The notes under the pieces: model-generated
What the model saw: the letters and a program-made list of their open reading frames with translations, nothing else
What the model was told of the DNA's origin: nothing
The model's database searches: none
Made by a program: the position numbers and the translations under genes
Shown here: one piece after another, positions 28,631-36,570 of the stretch
How positions within the stretch are numbered: position 1 is the stretch's first letter
Layout of the letters: the number at the start of each line of letters is the position of its first letter
Assembly: GCF_049584895.1 (NCBI RefSeq)
Contig: NZ_JBAUYR010000086.1
Span: forward strand, 69,625-133,624
Source: Candidatus Binatus sp.
Lineage (GTDB): Bacteria > Desulfobacterota > Binatia > Binatales > Binataceae
Length of the DNA: 64,000 nucleotides
Reading direction: 5' to 3'

Positions 28631-28644
28631 GTAGAAATTTCTAC
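28631..28644. promoter_or_regulatory. perfect 14-bp palindrome, candidate operator upstream of the XRE gene
   Basis: gtagaaatttctac lies in the AT-rich spacer ~90 nt upstream of ATG 28734. A half-site-like tgtagaaaa sits at 28601. Confidence 0.25.
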
Positions 28645-28733
28645 TAAACCGCGTCAGGAGCGTATGACACGTCTAGTAGCGATTAACTGCTATCTGTTTG
28701 TTTTATTTTATTTATGTGTTAATAATTCACGGT

Positions 28734-29228
28734 ATGTCGAAGGTAAAGAGTTCACCACGAACAACCGCGGCCCGCGCCGCGAAGGCCAAACCTGACACTT
28801 CACCAGTGCGTCCGAAGACCCCGAATTTCGGGGAAGTGATTCGCACCAGGCGAAGGGAACTGAATCTCACGCAGGACGAAATCGCTGCCAGGATCAAGAT
28901 TTCGACGCCATATATCGGGCACCTCGAGTCAGGCAAGCGGCATCCCTCCGACAAGATCCTTACCAAATTGGGGGAAGTGCTCGGCCTCGACAACCGCGAA
29001 CTCTTTTTTCTCGCGAACCCGCACGCACAGGCGCTGATCTCGGAGCCGGTGAGCGCCGAGGGTTCGAGTTGGGAACAGTTCCAGAAGAACGAAAAACTTC
29101 AACGCATTCATAACGTCACCCCGGACGAGATGCAGATTTTGTCGCAGGTGGCGCTGATGGGCGACATTCAATCGCCTCGCGATCTGATCTATATACTCAC
29201 CACCATTCGTCACGCGGTCGGAAGGTAG
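28734..29228 (+). CDS. XRE family helix-turn-helix transcriptional regulator
   Basis: IRTRRRELNLTQDEIAARIKISTPYIGHLESGKRHPS is a Cro/C1-type HTH. There is a basic N-terminal tail. Confidence 0.75.
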   Translation: MSKVKSSPRTTAARAAKAKPDTSPVRPKTPNFGEVIRTRRRELNLTQDEIAARIKISTPYIGHLESGKRHPSDKILTKLGEVLGLDNRELFFLANPHAQALISEPVSAEGSSWEQFQKNEKLQRIHNVTPDEMQILSQVALMGDIQSPRDLIYILTTIRHAVGR

Positions 29229-29598
29229 CTGACCCTCGCGATGTCGCTGTTGCTGCCCGCAGCCGCGGGTAGCCGGCGCATCGTACCGCGTCTCTCCTAC
29301 AGCCATTCGAAGAGTTGCTCTAGTTCTTAAGATCCAGCCCCGCTTGCCTGCGATACTAGTCGCGGCATCGAATAGCTAATCGTCAATGTAGCAGTGCGTT
29401 CACGAGCAAGTAGCAACTTGCTAATGCACTCATCATTCTATCCTATCTCACTATTCAGCCTCAGTTCACTATTTGTGTAGTTATCCAATCCCGGATCTGA
29501 TTGCCTATTGAAGTAGGGTTCTCGGCGGATCGTTGGATGCAGGCGGAAGGGATGGTCGTGTCGCAATCAGTGCGAGACACGATGGAGGAGGGTAGGCC

Positions 29599-30393
29599 AT
29601 GTTTCAACGCACTTACTACCGAACGATCTGGATCTCCGATGTGCACCTCGGCACTCGAGCGTGCAAAGCAAGTTCGCTGCTCGATTTCCTGCGTCATCAT
29701 ATTTCGGAGACGCTCTATCTCGTCGGCGACATAGTCGACGGATGGAACTGCGGACCGTCGTGGCACTGGAGCTCCGCGCAACAGGAGCTGGTGGATGAAA
29801 TCGTGCGATGGCGCCGCAGTGGCGTCAACGTAGTATTCATGCCGGGCAATCATGACGAGGGAAATCCCGGCCTCGTGGAAGAATTGTTCGGACGTATCCC
29901 GAGTGTCAGTTCGTTGATTCACACCACCCTCGACGGTTCCAGGATGCTGGTGATCCACGGACATCAGTTCGATGGCTCGCTGAATCTGAATCGGTTGCTG
30001 CCGAAGATAGGATCCAATGCGTATGCGCGCGCCCAACGGATCCATGACTGGTACAATCGGAAGAGCGAACAGACCGGCGATGAAGGCCGCTCGCTTTCCG
30101 ACTATCTCCGTGAACCCGCCCGCAAGGCTATCGAGTTCCTGACTGACTTCCGCGATCGAGCAGTGCTGGCAGCCGCGCGCGACCACAAAGCCGACGGCGT
30201 TATCTGCGGGCACATCCATCGTTCGGATCATCGGCTGATCGGAAACGTCATGTACGTAAACGACGGCGACTGGGTCCACAACCGGACCGCGCTGGTCGAA
30301 GATCGGGACGGGACGCTGCAAATCCTGCGATGGAGTCCTCCACCGCACCACATTTCGGTTTCGGCACCGATGCCGCAGGAGGCGATTTCGTGA
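29599..30393 (+). CDS. LpxH-family calcineurin-like metallophosphoesterase, PlcP-type candidate (phospholipase C for lipid remodelling)
   Basis: ISDVHLG, GDIVDGW, PGNHDE, HGHQFD, CGHIHR metallophosphoesterase blocks arranged as in LpxH. The gene is coupled to a diacylglycerol-type GT28. Confidence 0.7.
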   Translation: MFQRTYYRTIWISDVHLGTRACKASSLLDFLRHHISETLYLVGDIVDGWNCGPSWHWSSAQQELVDEIVRWRRSGVNVVFMPGNHDEGNPGLVEELFGRIPSVSSLIHTTLDGSRMLVIHGHQFDGSLNLNRLLPKIGSNAYARAQRIHDWYNRKSEQTGDEGRSLSDYLREPARKAIEFLTDFRDRAVLAAARDHKADGVICGHIHRSDHRLIGNVMYVNDGDWVHNRTALVEDRDGTLQILRWSPPPHHISVSAPMPQEAIS

Positions 30394-31646
30394 CACCTCT
30401 ACGCCCCGAATCGACGAGTCACGCAGATTCACGGATCGATCTGATTTATTTCGACGCGGGCGGTGGACATCGCGCTTCAGCGGCGGCGCTGATTTCAGCG
30501 GCTCGCCAACAGCATCCTTCCTGGAATATCAATCCGATCAACCTGCGCGAGCTGCTCGAGCCGGCCGATGTGATTCGACGCCTGACCGGCGTGCGCATCG
30601 AAGATTTCTACAACTCGCAGCTCAAACACGGTCTGACCATCGGCACCGGCCCGCTGCTGCGGATTACGCAGATGCTGATTCGGCAACTCGAGCCGACGAT
30701 CATCAAGCTGCTGGCGCACCACTGGAATCGTTCACGGCCCGAGCTGGTGGTCTCGATGATCCCCAATTTCAATCACGCGATTCTGCAAGGGCTGCGACAG
30801 GCTGACGCGATGAATCGACGATCCGAAACTCCGATGGTCACGATTCTGACCGACCTCGCGGACTGTCCGCCGCACTTCTGGATCGAACGCCAGAAGCAGT
30901 ACCTGATTTGCGGCACTGAAGCCGCGGTGGATCAGGCGCTCGCGATGGGCCACGCGCCAGAGCGCGTATTTCGCACCTCGGGAATGATCGTTCGTCCCGA
31001 GTTCTATCGACCCATCGAGATAAACCGCGAAGCCGAGCGCGTCCGATTAGGCCTCGACCCCGACTTGCCGACCGGCATCGTGATGTTCGGCAGCTACGGC
31101 TCGAGCCAGATGGCGGCTATCGCGCGACGAATCGAAACCGCCCAGCTCAAGACTCAGCTGATTTTTATATGCGGTCACAATGACAAGCTGCGCGAGCGTA
31201 TCGAAAGTATGGAGCTGCGCTATCCGTTTCATTGCGTGGGCTTCACGCAGGAAATTCCCTACTTCATGAAGCTGGCGGATTTTTTCATCGGCAAGCCGGG
31301 CCCCGGCAGCATCAGCGAAGCTCTGGTGATGGGTCTTCCACTGATCGTCGAGCGCAACGCCTGGACGATGGTGCAGGAGCGCTTCAACACCGATTGGATC
31401 GCGCAAAACGAATTCGGAATAGTGCTGCCCTCATTTCGGGAAGTCGGGACCGCGGTCTCGACAATGCTGGATAGCGAACACTTTCTCCGCTCGCACGCCA
31501 ACGTGGAAGCTTACGACAACCGCGCGGTGTTCGAGATTCCGGAAATTCTCGACGCGCTGATTTCTCATCATCGAACCGCAAACTGGAGCTTCGGGCGCAC
31601 CGCAACTGCGAGGCAGTTCGCATCAGAAATTCACTACGGCATCTGA
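30390..31646 (+). CDS. GT28 glycosyltransferase, MGDG-synthase/UgtP-like (diacylglycerol glycosyltransferase candidate)
   Basis: N-terminal IDLIYFDAGGGHRASAAAL and C-terminal ADFFIGKPGPGSISEALVMGLPLIV match MGDG_synth plus Glyco_tran_28_C architecture. The GTG 30390 start gives a GTGA overlap with the upstream stop. Confidence 0.75.
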   Translation: MTPLRPESTSHADSRIDLIYFDAGGGHRASAAALISAARQQHPSWNINPINLRELLEPADVIRRLTGVRIEDFYNSQLKHGLTIGTGPLLRITQMLIRQLEPTIIKLLAHHWNRSRPELVVSMIPNFNHAILQGLRQADAMNRRSETPMVTILTDLADCPPHFWIERQKQYLICGTEAAVDQALAMGHAPERVFRTSGMIVRPEFYRPIEINREAERVRLGLDPDLPTGIVMFGSYGSSQMAAIARRIETAQLKTQLIFICGHNDKLRERIESMELRYPFHCVGFTQEIPYFMKLADFFIGKPGPGSISEALVMGLPLIVERNAWTMVQERFNTDWIAQNEFGIVLPSFREVGTAVSTMLDSEHFLRSHANVEAYDNRAVFEIPEILDALISHHRTANWSFGRTATARQFASEIHYGI

Positions 31647-31675
31647 ACGACGCCCGAGCTGTCACCGCTGTCACG

Positions 31676-32407
31676 TTGCTGGTCGCGTTCTCTCTGGCCG
31701 CATCGGTTGCTCGAGCTGGCGCTCCGGATTTTGGCGGTCTGCAATTCAATATCCTCAGTCCCGATGGCAAGCAGAAGATCGGCGCCACCCGCTTCACAGT
31801 CTTGCGCAAAGATTCGACCGAAGAGATCAAGGGCGAGACCAGGTATCTCGACGGCGAGCGCGATAGTGAGGATGTGCGCCTCGAGGTCGAAGACCCACGG
31901 CCCACTCTCAAACTCGACACCTATGAACACTCCTTCTTCAACGCTGACGGCACGCTTCACATGGTTGATACTCTAAACGCCAAATCTGGCGTCGCGTCGT
32001 GTACGAGTTACACGTCGGGCGCGGTTAAGCTTCGCAAGTCTCAGCTTGACGTACCGGCGGACTCGTTCGCTGGCGCCTCCGGCCTGTTGATGATGGTCAC
32101 GGATCTACGGCACGGGAGCCGTGAAATCAGGTTTCACGCGTTCGCATGCGCGCCGGGACCAGAGATCTTCAGCGTCAAGGCGTCGCTTCCCGATCAATCG
32201 GAGCGTTGGCCTTTTTACTCCGGCGATCTTTTCCGCCTCGATATGCGTCCTGACCTCGGCGCCTTGAACCTGTTGATCGCGCCGTTTCTGCCGACGATGG
32301 ACGCGTGGTTCAGTCCCGCTGATAACTGGAACTACGTCGGCGGCGAATTCGACCGCTACTACCGCGGACCTCACGTGTTGACAGTGCGAGTCCCGCCGGC
32401 GAACTAA
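31676..32407 (+). CDS. hypothetical secreted protein
   Basis: TTG start, signal-like LLVAFSLAASVARAGA, no recognisable domain. Co-directional with the GT28 gene. Confidence 0.45.
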   Translation: MLVAFSLAASVARAGAPDFGGLQFNILSPDGKQKIGATRFTVLRKDSTEEIKGETRYLDGERDSEDVRLEVEDPRPTLKLDTYEHSFFNADGTLHMVDTLNAKSGVASCTSYTSGAVKLRKSQLDVPADSFAGASGLLMMVTDLRHGSREIRFHAFACAPGPEIFSVKASLPDQSERWPFYSGDLFRLDMRPDLGALNLLIAPFLPTMDAWFSPADNWNYVGGEFDRYYRGPHVLTVRVPPAN

Positions 32408-32611
32408 GGGCGACCTCCGCTCCAACTGGTCGAAAGCGCGCGGGCGTCACACCAGTGCGCATGAATTTTAATAATTCTTCTTTCGATCGTTCATACATTC
32501 GATGAACATCCCGCGCTATTCGTGCGTTGCACCGAATCGGTAATCACGCGACGCAGAATCGTGGTCGCTCGCTCATTCTGCGCGCACACATCACCAGGGA
32601 GGAACAATGCT

Positions 32612-34810
32612 GTGAAACTTCTCAGAGCAACCTTGAAATCTGTGCCCGCATTGCTTGGCGCGATCCTGCTCAGCGCGGTTCCGGCGATCGCGCACGAACA
32701 CAGCGCGCCTTGCCAGCTCGGCAACGGCATCCAACACGTCATCTACGTGCAATTCGACAATACGCATTTCCTGCGAGACAACCCGAATGTGCCCTCCGAC
32801 CTCGAACAAATGCCGCACTTGCTGAACTTCTTGCGGCAGAACGGCACCTTTGACGTTAACGACCACACGGTCCTCATCTCGCACACGGCCAATGGCCTGG
32901 TCACCTCGGTCACGGGCGTATATAGCGACCGCAATGGAGCCGCGGTGTCCAACAGCTTCGGCGTCTTCGCCGGAAGCCCGCCGGGAAGCTTCATCTCTTT
33001 CCCGGCCACCTTCAATTATTGGACCGACACGGTGAACGAAGTTTCATCCGCGACGAATGACTCGACGCCAATAATGGTGACACCGGGTCCGAATGGAAAG
33101 GTCGAGAACATGCCCGGACCGTGGGTCCCGTTTACGCGCGCTGGATGCAATGTGGGAGCGTTTTCGTTCGCAAATCTCGAATTCGAAAGTGCAACCGAAA
33201 AGCTCGGCGGAAAGACCGTGCTCACGGACGTCGCGAATATCTACGGGCCGACCTCCCCGCAGGTCGCCGAAAGCCTTAATCAGCAGGAGGCGGACTTTCA
33301 GGGAGTCGCGGTCCACTGCGCCGCGGGCAATCCAGTCTGCTCGACCGCAAACGGCGGCATTCCCGATCTGCTTCCGGACGAGCCGGGCGGGTACACGGGA
33401 TTCAACGGGCTGTTCGGCGCCAAGTATGTCGCTCCTGCCGTCGGACTTCCGGGCGGTCTGCAAGATCTAAGTGGCAACGTTCTGACCAACGCCGACTCGG
33501 GACTGGTGGGATTTACCGGGTTCGATCCTTTGGCTACCCAGGCGCTCGGCGCGATCGCTGAGATGCAGGAAGGCGGCGTCCCGGTCACCTTCGCGTACAT
33601 CGCGGACGCGCATGATAATCATCAGTTTGATTTTCCATACGGCCCAGGCGAGGCGGGCTACGTCGCGCAGTTGAAGGCCTACGATCAGGCGTTCGCACAG
33701 TTCTTCACCCGGCTGCAGAACGACGGCATCAATCAGAGCAATACACTCTTCGTCTTCACCGTCGAGGAGGGCGACCATTTCGTCGGCTCTGCGCCGACCA
33801 ACCCGAGCTGCGACGGAGTGACGACGCCGTGCGTTTACCCGAATGATCCAACGACGGGAGAAGAGTTAATCGGTGAGATCGATGCAGACTTGAATGGGCT
33901 GGTGGCGCCTATCGATTCGACCCCATTCAGCGAGCACGAGGATTCTGCGCCGACGATCTATATTATCGGCGATCCAACCAGCGCTGATTTCGACCCGGCG
34001 AGCCCTGATTCGTTGGCGAGAGGTCTGGAAGTCGCGATGGGAGGCCTGACTGCGCCCGATCCCTACACGGGCGAAAATGTGAGCACGTTGGCTGCCATGG
34101 CGGATCCGGTCGAGGAAAAGCTGCTGCACATGGTTACCGCGGACCCGCTCAGGACGCCGAACTTCACTTACTTCGGCAATCCCGATTTCTTCTTCGATTT
34201 CTCTACCCAGCCGGCGGACTTCTGCGCCGATGTCCCAATCGATTCCGGCCTGATTTGCATCGACAACGGCTTCGCCTGGAACCACGGCGACATTCAGCCG
34301 GAGATCGCTTCGACCTGGCTCGGAATCGTCGGGCCCGGAGTCAACCGGCTGGGACAGACCAATGCGTTTTTCAGCGACCACACCGACGTGCGGCCCACGA
34401 TGCTGACGCTGCTTGGCCTTCAGGACGACTACATTCACGACGGGCGGGTGATCGTCGAGGCGATCAACCAGTCAGCGCTTCCTTTCAGCCTCAAGGTGAA
34501 TAATTCGACGCTGATCGCTCTGGGCGCCGCCTACAAACAGATCAACGCGCCATTCGGTCAGCTCGGCATGAACAGCCTCACGGTCTCGACCTTCGCGCTT
34601 AGCTCGAACGACCCGAGTACCTATCTCAACCTTGAACGACAAATTCAGCAATGGACGAGGGAGCGCGACGCGATTGCCGGGGCAATGAGAGAAATACTCG
34701 AAGCGGCGGCTTTCGGTGGACACCCTGTCAATCAGTTCGAGGCGGCACTTCTGATCTTTCTGGCGAATGACCTGAACCATCAGGCGGCGAGCGTCGCTGC
34801 GTCGCTCTGA
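32612..34810 (+). CDS. large secreted phosphoesterase-like protein (alkaline-phosphatase superfamily / PLC-acid phosphatase-like)
   Basis: GTG 32612 follows GGGAGG. The signal peptide is VKLLRATLKSVPALLGAILLSAVPAIA. HVIYVQFDNTHF resembles the HVVxxxxENRSFD block of the phosphoesterase family. The function call is tentative. Confidence 0.55.
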   Translation: MKLLRATLKSVPALLGAILLSAVPAIAHEHSAPCQLGNGIQHVIYVQFDNTHFLRDNPNVPSDLEQMPHLLNFLRQNGTFDVNDHTVLISHTANGLVTSVTGVYSDRNGAAVSNSFGVFAGSPPGSFISFPATFNYWTDTVNEVSSATNDSTPIMVTPGPNGKVENMPGPWVPFTRAGCNVGAFSFANLEFESATEKLGGKTVLTDVANIYGPTSPQVAESLNQQEADFQGVAVHCAAGNPVCSTANGGIPDLLPDEPGGYTGFNGLFGAKYVAPAVGLPGGLQDLSGNVLTNADSGLVGFTGFDPLATQALGAIAEMQEGGVPVTFAYIADAHDNHQFDFPYGPGEAGYVAQLKAYDQAFAQFFTRLQNDGINQSNTLFVFTVEEGDHFVGSAPTNPSCDGVTTPCVYPNDPTTGEELIGEIDADLNGLVAPIDSTPFSEHEDSAPTIYIIGDPTSADFDPASPDSLARGLEVAMGGLTAPDPYTGENVSTLAAMADPVEEKLLHMVTADPLRTPNFTYFGNPDFFFDFSTQPADFCADVPIDSGLICIDNGFAWNHGDIQPEIASTWLGIVGPGVNRLGQTNAFFSDHTDVRPTMLTLLGLQDDYIHDGRVIVEAINQSALPFSLKVNNSTLIALGAAYKQINAPFGQLGMNSLTVSTFALSSNDPSTYLNLERQIQQWTRERDAIAGAMREILEAAAFGGHPVNQFEAALLIFLANDLNHQAASVAASL

Positions 34811-34830
34811 TTCTTTCAATTTGCGCTTGG

Positions 34831-34866
34831 CCCGGGCGGGGCATCTTAACCTCGCCCCAGCCCGGG
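34831..34866 (+). terminator. GC-rich hairpin after the phosphoesterase gene (terminator-like, no clear U-tract)
   Basis: cccgggcgggg ... ccccAgcccggg gives an 11-bp stem with one bulge. Confidence 0.3.
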
Positions 34867-35240
34867 TCTCACGCCTCTCCAATTCCCGGACCTTACGGTA
34901 TCGGGTCTGACCCACCACCGGATTTAGGAGATGAACTTCTCCGCCTCACCCCGGCGGACTCGGCGTGCTAAACAAACTGTGTGCACGAAATACAGAGTGA
35001 CAAATGCTCGCTTTGCCTGTCTCAAACTGGATGGCGCCAAGCGACGACCAAAATAATTTTGACGGAACAAAGCTACCGATGGTGGTGAGGACATCTGAAA
35101 ACCACAACAGTTAGTATTATTTCACGATGGACTACGTCTCGTTATCAGGTCTTTTGGCTTGCGCCTTGTGTACGAAATGTCGAGAATTGAGCCGCGAATT
35201 CTATACTGACATTGGCCATCGGAAAATTGGGGAGGTTTCC

Positions 35241-35573
35241 ATGGAGATTGGCGAGCGGCGCGATGGCGACATTCTGATCCTGAGTCCCACGGGAAGAATC
35301 GACAACGACACGAGTCCGGACTTCCAAACCAGGCTGCTCGCCGCGTTGACTCCCGCTGCGGCGGTGCTGGTAGATTTATCGGGCGTCGCCTACGTTTCGA
35401 GCGCCGGCTTGCGAGCGCTGATGATGGGATCGAAGCAATCGAAGGCGGCTAACGGCCGGCTCGCGGTCGCGGGGCTCGGTCCTGTGGTCAAGGAGATCTT
35501 CGAGATCAGCCGCTTCTCGCTGGTGGTGCAGGTCTTCGATACTCCCGCGGACGCACTTGCGGCTTTGCGCTAA
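35241..35573 (+). CDS. STAS-domain anti-sigma-factor antagonist (RsbV/SpoIIAA-like)
   Basis: ILSPTGRIDNDTSPDF...DLSGVAYVSSAGLRAL carries the conserved phospho-Ser context. ATG 35241 is preceded by GGGGAGG. Confidence 0.85.
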   Translation: MEIGERRDGDILILSPTGRIDNDTSPDFQTRLLAALTPAAAVLVDLSGVAYVSSAGLRALMMGSKQSKAANGRLAVAGLGPVVKEIFEISRFSLVVQVFDTPADALAALR

Positions 35574-35604
35574 CTCGCGGACAACTGCACGAGGGTAAGT
35601 GCCG

Positions 35605-36570
35605 ATGCTGATCCGTTTCTGGGGAAGTCGCGGTTCGATTCCGACACCGCTCGGATACCGCGCCGTGCGAACCAAGCTTCGCGAGGCGCTGCTGGTCGCG
35701 CGCGGCCATCGACTGGACAGCCTCGAAGCGATCGACAGTTTTCTCGTGAAGGAACTCCCGTTCTCGATCAGCGGCACCTATGGCGGTAATTCCAGCTGCG
35801 TCGAGATCGAAGCGGGCGGCACCGAAAACGAGTATGTGCTGTGTGACCTCGGCTCCGGCGTGCGCGAGTTCGGAAATGCGCTGATCGCGAAGCATGGACC
35901 CGCCAGAAAATCCCGCTTCAATGTTTTTCTGTCGCATACCCATTGGGATCACATCATGGGGTTTCCGTTTTTTACTCCGTCGTACATCCCCGGCAATGTG
36001 ATCCGGATTCACGGCTGCCACAAAGAGATGCGCGACATTTTTATTCGTCAGCAATCCAATCCCTGCTTCCCAATCGATTTCCGATCGCTCGGCGCGACGA
36101 TAGAGTTCGTCGAATTGGAACCGGGTCGCACCTACGAGATCGATGGCCTGTCAGTTACGCCGATCCGGCAGAACCATCCGAGCGATTCGTACGGGTTTCG
36201 ATTTTCAAAAGATGGCAAGTCGATGGTTTACTCGACCGACTCCGAGCACAAGTTCGACGTTCTGACCGAGAACTATCCGTTCGTCGAGTTTTTCCGCGAC
36301 GCCGACGTGCTGATCTTCGACGCGCAGTACTCGCTGGCGGATCAAATCTCGGTGAAAGAGGACTGGGGACATTCGAGCAACATGATTGCGGTCGAGCTCG
36401 CGCAGCTCGCGCGCGTCAAACACCTGGTGATGTACCATCACGAGCCTGTCCTCGACGACAAGATGATCGAGAAGGTGCTGGGCGAGACGCGGCGTTACGC
36501 CGAAATCAACGGATCTCCGCATAAGTTGACCGTCACCTCCGCGTACGACGGACTCGAGATTGTCATCTGA
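35605..36570 (+). CDS. MBL-fold metallo-hydrolase
   Basis: RFWGSRGSIP N-terminus, HTHWDH metal motif, downstream D and H ligands. Confidence 0.85.
   Translation: MLIRFWGSRGSIPTPLGYRAVRTKLREALLVARGHRLDSLEAIDSFLVKELPFSISGTYGGNSSCVEIEAGGTENEYVLCDLGSGVREFGNALIAKHGPARKSRFNVFLSHTHWDHIMGFPFFTPSYIPGNVIRIHGCHKEMRDIFIRQQSNPCFPIDFRSLGATIEFVELEPGRTYEIDGLSVTPIRQNHPSDSYGFRFSKDGKSMVYSTDSEHKFDVLTENYPFVEFFRDADVLIFDAQYSLADQISVKEDWGHSSNMIAVELAQLARVKHLVMYHHEPVLDDKMIEKVLGETRRYAEINGSPHKLTVTSAYDGLEIVI

Noticed and set aside
29229-29598. Pho-box upstream of the PlcP-like gene (GTTCAC words at about 29398 and about 29464).
   Set aside because: These are isolated heptamer-like words with no properly spaced direct repeat (11-nt phasing) and no CTGTCAT-N4-CTGTCAT. 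That is not enough to call a PhoB site without a matrix scan.
34931-35062. 43-codon basic ORF (MNFSASPRRTRRAKQ...) in the spacer after the island.
   Set aside because: AGGAG directly abuts the ATG (zero spacing). There is no recognisable family and the composition is typical of non-coding sequence. Too weak to call.
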